DNA of 63,270 nt, the filler included, from Asterionella formosa (lineage: Eukaryota), in the NCBI GenBank assembly GCA_002256025.1. It is 4 parts of 4 records of this genome, joined end to end, with 100 filler letters (N's around TTAATTAATTAA, not from the genome) between each part and the next. Parts side by side here need not be neighbours in the genome. Positions count along the whole stretch, not along the records: positions 1 to 20,580 come from NKIB01003293.1; positions 20,681 to 41,245 come from NKIB01003301.1; 2 more parts are not named here. One strand, 5' to 3'. This document shows, piece after piece, positions 12,575 through 22,810 of this stretch. Both the position numbers and the translations under genes were made by a program. Below the pieces are notes generated by a model. That model did not search any database. It was given only the letters and a program-made list of their open reading frames with translations, and was not told the origin of the DNA. Position 1 is the stretch's first letter; each line of letters begins with the position of its first letter.

Positions 12575-13034
12575 ATGGCGGATGCAGCTGTGACTTGTAG
12601 CAGCGCAAACGCAGGGGCCAACATCAAAGAGGAAAGCCTCAACCGTCAAGTGGTTAGAAATCTACTCAATGGGCACGAGTTGAAATGTACGATGGACGAT
12701 GGAAGGACAGCGACGGGTGTCTTGGTATGCATTGATCGTCTGTAAGTCAGCTCGCGTTACAGTTGTTTGCCTTGCTCAAGAAGCCGGGATTTCTAATGAA
12801 TGCTACTTTTACCCATGTAGACAAAATATAATTTTATCAAATGTTGTGGAAGAACGAACGGTCGATTCTAGTATGTACGAAACAGCCAAAACCCCAGGCC
12901 AATTTATTACTATCAAACGAAGGCTGAGCCAAGCAATGATCCCTGGCCCTCATCTGGTCAAGGTTGAAGTGACCAAGGCAGTGTATGATGCTGCGATTTG
13001 TAAAGTATCACCGATAATAGACGCTTTTGAATAG
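12575..13034 (+). CDS. LSM-domain protein, NAA38/LSMD1 (NatC auxiliary subunit)-like; two exons (12575-12741, 12821-13034)
   Basis: Removing the GTAAGT...TAG intron at 12742-12820 gives 126 aa. The product has Sm1 LKCTMDDGRTATGVLVCIDRLQNIILSNVVE and Sm2 RRLSQAMIPGPHLVKVEV. Confidence 0.8.
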
Positions 13035-13175
13035 ACACGAAATGACAACAATTAATTAGTCGAAGGGCCTTTCGTCGGCGGACAATTACGGCGAGTTGTG
13101 TACCGGTAGCGACCGTTACAACTTAATAGTGGAAAGGCAGTCAAAACCATAAAAATGGTGGCCTATTTATACATT

Positions 13176-15071
13176 CTATTCATATCGTGATGGCGTTTTG
13201 GCGTTCCTAGTCCACTCCATGGGGAGATCTTGAGAAGATAGCGCAAATGGTACACTCTTCAAGTTCAACAAAGTCGCTAGCTCGTGCTTGGAGCTACAGG
13301 CCCACTCTAATTGTTGCAATACTATATCGTTCAGCAATCCAGCCCTGGTACAATAATCGAAGCTTCTCTTCAGTACCGCCGACCGCATTGGATCACCTTC
13401 CGGAAGGAGTTTCCGTAGGATTTTGAACATGAAGACAAAAGTAATGGAAGATGGTCTGACATCTTTGCTGTCGAGAATGTTTTGAAAAACATCGGACGCA
13501 ATCAAAAACGCTTTTTGCTTGATTTCGGTCGACCCAAACGTATTTGCACAGGCCCTTAATAGCGAATTGTATGTGATGATATTTGGCGTACAGCTGGGCC
13601 GGTGGAGGCCAATCATTTCCTTGTATAGTCGATACGCGTCGGTAGCCATTTCCACATTGGGACACTGTGCGTGCGCATCTAGAATTACATTGTAATGAAT
13701 CACCGATGGCTCAAGATCAAAGTTTCCTGCCTGAAAACCCGCCTCCATTCGGGCCAGGAGTTCCTCCGCCAGCTTTGCTGAACCTCCTCGTCGACTTCGA
13801 CTCAGAGTTTTAAAGACGGATGTATACGTGAAAGAGTTTGGACAGATATCCTCATGACCAGCTAGTGAAAGGTCTTCCATTCGGTCGAGCAACTCCAGCG
13901 CCTTTTCATGAGCAACAGTACTGTTTTCCCGTGACCAGCAAGTAATAACGGAAGAAAATGTAATTGTGTCGGGTTTGACAGTCATATCTCCGTCCTTTTC
14001 GTACATTTCCCACATTCGATCCAGCAATTGATTTGCTTCTTCTGCCGCTCCACGCAAGCCAGTGTTCGAGAAGGCCAACATCAAGCAAGTATATGTTACC
14101 TTGTTGGGACGAATACGCTTGCCTCGGTCCACAGCTAACGCCTCCATCTGATCCAAGAGAGCCTTGGCCTTGACTACAGATGCCTTTTTCTTACTCGCTG
14201 CCCACGCTAGAATGACACTTGTGTAGCTGTACACATCCGGTTCCAGGTCGTCATTCCCCGCCTGATACAAGCGTTCCATATGTAGCAAGAGTTCTTCCGC
14301 TCTGACTGGAGCAAGGTGAATGCGTGAATTTGCCCATGAATACAAGACAGTATTGAACGTGACCGTATTCGGTTTGATGTTGGGGTTCCCGTCACTGAGG
14401 TGAATCATTTTCCGTAAGAGCTCCTCTGCCTTGACAGCGTCGTCCTTGAGCGCATACAGTACACTATTGTAGCTAATAGTATCAGGATCCACTCCATATC
14501 GTGACTTCATCCTGTGTAAAACGACTTGTGCTTCCTCCACCATGCCCCGTCGTGCAAACGTCCAAATCAAAGTGTTGAATGAAATAATGTTGGGTTCCAG
14601 TCCTTGCTCTATTTCCGCCAAAACAAGCTCAATAGCCTTTTGAGGTGCATTTTTTTCTGGAGACCTAGCCCATGCATTCAGGACCGAATTCCAAGAAACA
14701 ATGTCTGGCGCACATGCATAATACCCCTCGTGATGCAGTGCTTCGATTCGAGTTAACAGCTCTTGCGCCCGACTGGCGGATCCAGGTAGACTGCTTTTCG
14801 CAAGAGAGTCTAGATTCATATTGAGTGATTCAAGAGGATCACTTCCCTTGTTTCTAGGCTTGTCTGTTTGATGAGGGCCACTCGATTTGCTCTGTTTTTT
14901 GAAAGGCCGTTGTCGTGGAGGGTCCGGGGAGAAGGAAAACAACTTGGGAATACCATTGCGACGTATCCGAGGACACGCCACCACTCTTTTCAGGAGCTGC
15001 ACGCCTGACAGAAAAGCTGAGCAGAATACTGGAAGTAACAGAGTTAGGATCCATAGGAGATTTTTACCCAT
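13176..15071 (-). CDS. Pentatricopeptide repeat protein, probably plastid-targeted
   Basis: ATG at 15071 gives a signal peptide MGKNLLWILTLLLPVFCSA|FL (ASAF-like site). About ten PPR motifs follow (PDIVSWNSVLNAWA, PNIISFNTLI, PDTISYNSVL, PNTVTFNTVLYSWA, PDVYSYTSVILAWA and others). Confidence 0.9.
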   Translation of the reverse strand: MGKNLLWILTLLLPVFCSAFLSGVQLLKRVVACPRIRRNGIPKLFSFSPDPPRQRPFKKQSKSSGPHQTDKPRNKGSDPLESLNMNLDSLAKSSLPGSASRAQELLTRIEALHHEGYYACAPDIVSWNSVLNAWARSPEKNAPQKAIELVLAEIEQGLEPNIISFNTLIWTFARRGMVEEAQVVLHRMKSRYGVDPDTISYNSVLYALKDDAVKAEELLRKMIHLSDGNPNIKPNTVTFNTVLYSWANSRIHLAPVRAEELLLHMERLYQAGNDDLEPDVYSYTSVILAWAASKKKASVVKAKALLDQMEALAVDRGKRIRPNKVTYTCLMLAFSNTGLRGAAEEANQLLDRMWEMYEKDGDMTVKPDTITFSSVITCWSRENSTVAHEKALELLDRMEDLSLAGHEDICPNSFTYTSVFKTLSRSRRGGSAKLAEELLARMEAGFQAGNFDLEPSVIHYNVILDAHAQCPNVEMATDAYRLYKEMIGLHRPSCTPNIITYNSLLRACANTFGSTEIKQKAFLIASDVFQNILDSKDVRPSSITFVFMFKILRKLLPEGDPMRSAVLKRSFDYCTRAGLLNDIVLQQLEWACSSKHELATLLNLKSVPFALSSQDLPMEWTRNAKTPSRYE

Positions 15072-15794
15072 GGTGGATTGTCGTCGGCGTCTCTTCCAAC
15101 CATCGCTTTCATCCAAGCAAAGCTACAAAACGAAAAAGAAGTGGCTGTTTCTGCTTGAAGAGGACGACGAGCAGTAAAAATGAACATTTTTGGAATATTT
15201 AGTACGCCCACACATAGCGGTATGTGATATACGGTACCCCCTGGTACATACCAGTATTGTGCTGCTATTTATAGAAACCTGGTACCCCTTGTACCAGCCA
15301 GGTGCTGCCTTGCTGTTGGGATCATTCATCCATACCAGTACCCGGAAGATCCGGTAAACACGTTTTTACTTCGGCAAAGATTTAGCTAAATATCTCGATA
15401 ACCGGACCTTCCCCTGTAGTCTACCGGTAGTATATTATGTGCAGTAAGTTGAATGGCACCATGTGATATTAAAGAAATAAAAACCTTATGTAGTACCGGT
15501 ACACATGTTGTTGTCTGAGCGACGGCAAGACAAGGGATGTTCCACGAGGCAGAGGAGGTGGGTACAAAACTAATACAGGTAATGCATACCGGTATTTACC
15601 AGATATACCGGTTGTAACATGGTACCACTACTGGGACCTAGTACCGGTACCAGTACCGGTACCCGGTAACAACAAAGGAATCTTACCTATGAAATCGACA
15701 TTATGATATGTAGAATTCAAAATTATCCTCCTTCAAAGAAAATCGAGGCCTTAAGTTGAACCTGCCCCTTGATACCTTTTTTGATTCTGCAACC

Positions 15795-16535
15795 ATGATG
15801 CTACTACGAGTCGTCGCCAGCTCACTGTTGCTGTCCTCTTCCGCGGCGTTCCTTCCCGCCTTGCGACTACAAGCGGTGCTGAAGCCTGATGCCGCTTTGC
15901 ACGCAGGCAAGGGGTTTGGAGCACCTCCTCCACCCCCTCCGGTTCCAAGGCAACGACCGGATCCAGAAGAACCCACTACGGTCGTCGCTTCCTCACCTGT
16001 CCCCATGAATCAAGGCCAAGCCGCCTTGGCAGAAATGAGACGAGAACAAGCAGAAAAGCGAGATGACGAACTCCGCAAGGTCAGGGAAGTCCGATCTGTC
16101 GACACTCAGCTTCGGGAAAACCCAGGCTCGGCTGCCATTCCAGAACAAGTTGCTATGCGAATGGGCCAGCGCATGTTGCCCTTTGTAGGAATTCCTCTGA
16201 TAGGAGGAATGGGAGCATTTGTGGTATTTTGGTATCTGGCGACGTACAAGAACCAAGAGTTTCAACCCGCACTTGTCGCGTTTTCGACAATTGGAATGCT
16301 TGGTGTTGGTTTGGTCGGAATCACCTACAGTGTCATGAGTGCCAGCTGGGATCCTGATCGCGAGGGGTCATTTTTGGGGACAGAAGAATTTTCGAAAAAC
16401 TTGGATAGCTTGCGAGGAGGTCTGAAGCGATCACGCGAGAACACTGTGATAAGGGAGAAGATGGCGGGAATGTCCGAGGCGGAGATTGACGCAGCTATTC
16501 GAGATCTGGATCGACGAGAGGAAAAGAAAGACTAA
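15795..16535 (+). CDS. PAM68: PAM68-like photosystem II assembly factor, plastid-targeted
   Basis: Signal peptide ending SSAA|FLP. IPEQVAMRMGQRM, two TM helices and SASWDPDREGSFLGTEEF are typical of PAM68/DUF3464. Confidence 0.88.
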   Translation: MMLLRVVASSLLLSSSAAFLPALRLQAVLKPDAALHAGKGFGAPPPPPPVPRQRPDPEEPTTVVASSPVPMNQGQAALAEMRREQAEKRDDELRKVREVRSVDTQLRENPGSAAIPEQVAMRMGQRMLPFVGIPLIGGMGAFVVFWYLATYKNQEFQPALVAFSTIGMLGVGLVGITYSVMSASWDPDREGSFLGTEEFSKNLDSLRGGLKRSRENTVIREKMAGMSEAEIDAAIRDLDRREEKKD

Positions 16536-16881
16536 TCTTGGCATTACTACAATAAGAATTGAGCACAGGATCGTCGAGGAAACAATTGATATAGATGCCG
16601 TTATTCAACGTTGCTACCAAGCATGACAGTATCATGATTCAAGATTCAGGTATCACCTGATCATGATGTTAATGAGCAGAACACAATTAAAAAATTTGAT
16701 GTAATTTTTTTAAACCATGGCACGTTACGGCAATTTATCATGGAAATATCCTCTTCACTTGGCAACAAATCATTCCCAGCTACTGTACTACTCAGCACAC
16801 CTGCGATGGGGAGAATGACCAAATCAATGTAACCTGCAAATATCAATGATTAGTTGACAATGTAAAATATTACCCATGATC

Positions 16882-17222
16882 TAGGGAATTGCTTAGTTGG
16901 GTAGCACGCATTCCAAGGTGGTGGGTTTGATTCCTGCATTCTCCAGCTGTCTTTCTTTTTCATGTGGTCCTTAGGGTTCTGGCTGTGTGGCTACTGAACA
17001 AAAAAACAGGTCCTGTTGTACTACCATACAGACAAATAAAACTGGTACTGATCCCTGTGTTCCAGCACCGGAAGTCACTACGTTTGTTGGGATGATACTA
17101 GGTTGTTAAGTAATCATATGAACACCAGGGCTGGCAATGGCTGCCAGGAAGCGCTATGTGGCCTACCCTTCTAGCAAATGAGTAGTCTTAAAGAGCTTAT
17201 TATAAGTGAAGTTAAACTTTTT
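16882..17222 (+). mobile_element. tRNA-derived SINE, copy A (about 341 bp)
   Basis: A 14-bp direct repeat TATTACCCATGATC lies at 16868-16881 and 17223-17236. A-box TTGCTTAGTTGG and degenerate B-box GGTTTGATTCC are present. The first about 170 bp align with 52101-52255. Confidence 0.85.
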
Positions 17223-18549
17223 TATTACCCATGATCCTCAGATAAACAATGCATAACAAGCAAGGTGGGCTACATCTACATGTAGCCCACAGCCCCAGCC
17301 TCATCATCCATGATGCTAGTTTCTAGTTAGTTGGAGTACCAGGTATCATTTCTATAGGAAAACAGATTCTTGTATTATAGCTAGGAATAATACTCCATAA
17401 CTGCTCCTATGTAGATTAATTATTACCTGATGGTATCTACTGCAGATAAGCAGGCAGGTACCAGGTTACATACCCTGGCAATATATAAGAATGATCACAC
17501 CATGATGGTCATGAATAGCTACTCAAGCAAGTAAATGAAATAAAATTTCCCATTTGCATTTAGAGGAAGAATGTAGAGCTGATAGAGAAGTGGCATTAGT
17601 TATGAAATTCCATTCACAAAAAGCAGAACGCATTAATACAAGCTATGTGCCTTAGTCTTTGTTGACAACTCAAATATAGACAGGAACAGTTTGCTTCCTT
17701 TTTCCATTGTGAACATATCAATTTACAAATTGATTTACAATCAATTCAACTCCAGTTCTTTCTGATCAGTTAGAATTAGGATTGTTTGCCCAAACTTTCA
17801 TGTCGACAACAAAGCATTGAAAATGGTCTGTACTTGATCATTCAATCATTCTTTTACTTCATAACATAGATAGAATATTGTATTGCTGACATTGTACTAG
17901 CTAAGCTGCACAGGTTATGACATGCCTGTGAATAATTCATTTCATAGAGCATTCACCTTTCAAATATTTCATTCCAATTTGTTACTTGAATGATCATCAT
18001 CTTCATCAACATCATAATAATTCAAATATTTCGTTACCTGAAACAGTTTCTACTAGTACTCCTGGTGTATAATATTTCTGAGGAGGAAATTGACATTTTG
18101 TCCCCCTAACCCTAGTCCTAGAATCTTCCAAAGTAGCATCTGAAGAGTCTAAGATTAGGGTTAGAGCCAGGATTAAATATCAAAATCATATTAGGGGGAA
18201 GAAATACCATTTTTGTAAACCACCCCTATGTTTATATAAACTAAATATATTAATGATTATTTGTATGTAAATGATACTCTGCTTTATAGCCCATTTCAAG
18301 GCAATTATTCATTGTGTTGCCTGCCGACAAGACCTGTGCTTCCCTAGTTTTGTTAGTGTAGGTGAGTCCCCAACCACGTTTAAGGAAAGGTGATTGTCTT
18401 AGCCGCAGCGTTAGGGGAAACTCCGACCGCCTAGAAAGGTGGCATAAGCTGCTTGAGGGGGGCAAACCCACTATTTCTTGCACACCAGGCAAGACCGAGT
18501 GGGACGGTAAGGAGTTTGGGAGTCGAACCCAACAATTGCTTCTCAAAAT

Positions 18550-18620
18550 TTTTTTGCGGGAATCGAAACACACAACTTCATATCAAAGGCGAAATGCTCA
18601 ACCAACTAGTACCATAAACC
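18550..18620 (-). pseudogene. Degenerate tRNA-like sequence (Gln TTG-like), possibly the head of another SINE
   Basis: Minus strand reads GGTTTATGGTACTAGTTGGTTGAGCATTTCGCCTTTGATATGAAGTTGTGTGTTTCGATTCCCGC, with an A-box, a CTTTGAT loop and TTCGATTCC. A second B-box hairpin TTGGGTTCGACTCCCAA lies just downstream. Stems are imperfect and no TSD was found. Confidence 0.4.
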
Positions 18621-19439
18621 ATTCCCTTCAGCCATTCCCTAGCACATTGGCTAATGCTTTAAAAACCCAAATGAGTCCTGTAAATCCCGTGCTCCGGTTT
18701 TCCATCACGCTCCTGTCTCCTCAGTGTACATCTGGTGCTTAACACCCAAATATTTTACATGTGCAGAAAGTAGAATTACTATTTTTCTATTCTAAGAAGC
18801 TCCCATACTAATGCATCATATCATTTTGTTCGGCACCATCATGAAAATGAAATCCCGTCGAGATGGAGTAATACTCGGCCTATGCGGTGTCACAAAAGGG
18901 CGAAGCTGTGTTCAATAAAGATGCTTTGGAGCTCATGTTTGCATCAATGATACAGCGCGTTTCAAGCTGACAATGGTGAAGATCGGTGAGGAGAAAGAGC
19001 TGCAGATGGCGATGAAGGATGTGGTTGTCTGAGATGGAACAGAGCTGTGTACAGTCGGGCTTTTTGGGCAAGAACATTGCTGCTTTGGAGAAAACAAGAT
19101 TTCGATATCAAGTTAAGTTTGCTCAAATCATTGAGTTCTATGATGAAAGTGACAATTTAATAAAGAGGGTTAGGTGCAACCACAACCTTGGAGTGGCTTC
19201 GTTTCGACTTTTTGATGACATCCAAATTCAAGAGTGAATGGATTCTAAATTTTTCTTCTTTCAATAAGGTTAAACAATCTTGATTGAAAAAGGATAGATT
19301 CAATCAATATTAACTAGTAGTTGAACATTTTAAGACTTGAAACTGGTTGTATGATTTAATTTCAAGTCGTCAACAAAACATGTAATATTTTTCCATTTGC
19401 AAGTCAGACATTTAGTTTGCAAACGATATATTTAACAAA

Positions 19440-20430
19440 TAAAACAAGATGTAATCACTTAATGTTATCCAAATAGACTGCAACTAAAGTAAACCAGCTT
19501 TGCATCCAATGCTGACCCAGTTATTTGTGATCGACAACACTGTTATCTGGGCCATGCTGTCTCCACCAATTGGGCATCATTATGTTCTTAACTTTTTCAT
19601 TTTCTAAGTTTTGAACCATAAAATTATCCCATGCAGCCTGGACATAGTCTTTGAATGGCTTGTTTATGAAACTGGGATGTGTAGCCATGGGTTACGAAGT
19701 CGAATTCGGTGCCACAAAATCTAATGGCATCTACACATTTGCCAACTTTGTGGACTGAATAGTTGTCCATTAGCAGGCAAATTGGCTCTCCTAGGAATCC
19801 CTGAGTCCAGGGCTTTCTTCCAATCCTGTTCAATCCAATTCAAAAAGACAGTTTGGTCTACCCAAGCCCTGGCATGTCAAGAGTATTTCACTGAAACCGG
19901 AAATTCGTGTGCTGGATTGATGGCTAACTACATGCTCTACCTGTCCATCACTGCCTGGTAGTACCCTTGAACACAATGAATGCAGGTAGCTTTTATCCAC
20001 TACTAAGATTTACACCTAAGAGCACAGTGCAACAAACAGAGGTACCTGAAGTCTTCATTCCAATGGTCCTGGCTCCTCGTTCTCCAATGTTAATGATCCA
20101 TACAAGTCATGCACCTAGGGTTCATGCCAATGGTCTGAATCTGTTGATTGGCATATGCTACAAACTCAAGTACAGCAGGATTTATGGTAGACTTTCTCAA
20201 TGATATACCGTTGCAAAGTACTCCTACTTCTCTTACCGGTAGGGGCTTTCTTTGCTGTCAAAACAAGCAAAGCAAGTGCTGATCATGCCAAAAGCAACGA
20301 GGAAGCAAAAACGCCATGCATTGCTTGCTTCGTCACTCCTCGTTCCACTTGAAATTTTGGAGCTCGAGCTCGAGGTCGCCATGCGTTTCCACGAGGTAAC
20401 GGCCTACAGACGACGAAAAGTAAATAATAC
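19440..20430 (-). pseudogene. Degenerate pogo/Tc1-mariner DDE_1 transposase
   Basis: Broken frames encode CTVLLGVNLSSG*KLPAFIVFKG, AWVDQTVFLNWIEQDWK and LLMDNYSVH...GYTSQ, which are DDE_1 motifs. Boundaries approximate. Confidence 0.7.
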
Positions 20431-20453
20431 CTGTATGAGTATACTGATACTTG

Positions 20454-20580
20454 TGTTAATATCTGCATATGATGCTCCATACATGCGCCGTACGAACCAT
20501 ACCGGCGCAGCCACCAGATTAGGTACATGCGTGAGTGCTGACAACGATGTACTTGGAACAGCAATAGAATAGTCATAATA
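20454..20580 (+). mobile_element. Copia LTR (5' or solo), truncated by assembly spacer
   Basis: Starts TGTTAATATCTGC and is nearly identical to the reverse complement of 40570-40696. No PPT upstream. Confidence 0.85.
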
Positions 20581-20680
20581 NNNNNNNNNNNNNNNNNNNN
20601 NNNNNNNNNNNNNNNNNNNNNNNNTTAATTAATTAANNNNNNNNNNNNNNNNNNNNNNNNNNNNNNNNNNNNNNNNNNNN
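20581..20680. other. Artificial contig spacer
   Basis: 44 N + TTAATTAATTAA (stop codon in all six frames) + 44 N. Confidence 0.97.
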
Positions 20681-21236
20681 GAGTTGGATCAGGCGTTGGA
20701 GCAGCTGTTGGCCAAGGAGTTGGGACCGGCCAAGGAGTTGGAGCTGGCGTTGGAACAAGTGTTGGCCAAGGAGTTGGAGCAGGCGTTGGAGTAGCTGTTG
20801 GCCAAGGAGTTGGGACCGGCCAAGGAGTTGGAGCAGGCGTTGGAACAAGTGTTGGCCAAGGAGTTGGAGCAGGCGTTGGAGCAGCTGTTGGCCAAGGAGT
20901 TGGGACCGGCCAAGGAGTTGGAGCTGGCGTTGGAACAGCTGTTGGCCAAGGAGTTGGAACCGGCCAAGGATTTGGAGGAGGAACAGCTGGGACCGGGACC
21001 GTAGCCGCTGCGACTTTAAATGGAGCATTGCATTCAAAGATTCCAATTGAAGGGTTGCAGACGCATGTCTTGATAGCAGATACGCCGTTTCTTGTCACCT
21101 GGTAGTGGCATTCGAGACCTGGTACCGTACAGGTGATTGTCTGGGTCTTCTTGATGCGATTGACAGGGCACATCGGATCATTAGCGAGAGCACCGCTAGT
21201 AAAGAGGCAGATCCCGAAGACGATAGAAATCTTCAT
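20681..21236 (-). CDS. Secreted protein with a Cys-rich domain and Pro/Thr/Trp tandem repeats (3' end lost in gap)
   Basis: ATG at 21236 gives the signal peptide [18 protein letters not shown], then a six-Cys domain, then [16 protein letters not shown] repeats running into the spacer. Confidence 0.8.
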
Positions 21237-21614
21237 CTTGTCGTTGAGGCGGATCACAAAATTGTCGACCTTTCGAAATTTTGTTCACTCTTTGTTGTGT
21301 GATCGGAACAAGAGACGACGATCTTGTACATAAAAGCGAAACTCGCCAGATCTTTTCATTGTTGACCCTTGTACCAGTACAGTACCTGGTACCAGGGTTT
21401 GTTGAAACCTGAGAAGAGAACGGTGGGAAATCCAAGATCGAGCCCATCACTTTTTTTTGGAATACCATGGTACCTAAACTTCAACGAATAATTAAGGAGG
21501 TCATTGGTATGTATTTGGGAAACCGTGTTAGGAGGTGCTCCACCATCCGAGGCTTTATAAAATCAATTAAAGACAAATACATGAATGCTTACCTTTAGTA
21601 CCATGGCTAGCGTC

Positions 21615-22313
21615 AAAACATGGTTCTCTCAGGAGATGTATCGAGATTAAACCACACGCAGGAGAAATTTCTTACATGTGATTGTCAGATAATCCATACT
21701 TTTTATATTGCCCTCAACTAAAGCCCTTTGGGGCCGACGTGGTACTAGGAATAAATAACCAATAATTTGATCTCGAACCTGTGTTTGGTCTTATACTACC
21801 TGGTACTATGTATATAAAGCCGTCTTTTCCTGGCTCATTTTATTAGCTGAGCCACCGACAAATCACTGCTCGCAACCGTACCATCTGGTAGATCAAAATT
21901 AGATAACCCCACCTCACGGTGCCGCTGGAGTTTCTCGTACATAGGATATTTACAAAAGGAACAAAGCCGGTTCGTCCATTAAAACATGATTCTCTCAGGA
22001 GATGTATCGAGATTAAACCACACGCAGGAGAAATTTCATACATGTGATTGTCAGATAATCCATACTTTTTATATTGCCCTCAACTAAAGCCCTTTGGGGC
22101 CGACGTGGTACTAGGAATAAATAACCAAAAATTTGATCTCGAACCTGTGCTTGGTCTTATACTACCAGGTACTATCTATATAAAGCCCTCTTTTTCTGGC
22201 TCATTTTATTAGCTGAGCCGGTAGATCAAAATTTGATAACCCCACCTCAGGGTGCCGGTGGAGTTTCTCGTACATAGGATATTTACATAAGGAACAAAGC
22301 CGGTTCGTCCATT
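21615..22313. repeat. Tandem duplication, unit about 366 bp
   Basis: AAAACATG.TTCTCTCAGGAGATGTATCGAG...CCGGTTCGTCCATT starts at 21615 and again at 21981. The second unit has a deletion of about 33 bp. Confidence 0.92.
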
Positions 22314-22810
22314 ACATAATTGTCTTTATCACAGCTCTCCAGGTCAATATATGATATACTTGGAATTGCCGGCTCAAGAGGTATTAAAGCCCTCCGTCAT
22401 AAGCAATATTCAAACCCAGATCGACGATTATAGCCCTCGTCTTCTCCAAGTTGCGGTCATTTGCTCAAATTGGTACCAGGTGACGTGCCGCAGGACTTAA
22501 ACAAAATAAAGCTAAGTAAGCACGACTTGGTTACCGGTACGGTAGCTTAGGTCCGCCCGTTCATTGCCCTGGTCATTGTCTTTTTCATTTTCAGCCATTT
22601 GCCTGTTTTGACGTTTCCGTATTTAGACGAAATATATTGGATGTATCATAACTGACTGACGTTCTGGGTAGGGAAACTACCAGCACCGGATTTAAATACA
22701 CAATACGGCGGAAGTTATGTGCGCATAAAGTAAGGCAATATTACCCTGTATATAGTCTACCTAGCGGTACAAGCGGTTCCATTCTTTGCTATTAGCACCT
22801 ACATGATGTG

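Noticed and set aside
17500..18070. Decayed minus-strand coding-like sequence
   Set aside because: Too many stops to assign a family.
20681..20990. CRISPR-like regular repeats
   Set aside because: No unique spacers; these are codon-phase repeats of a Pro-rich protein.
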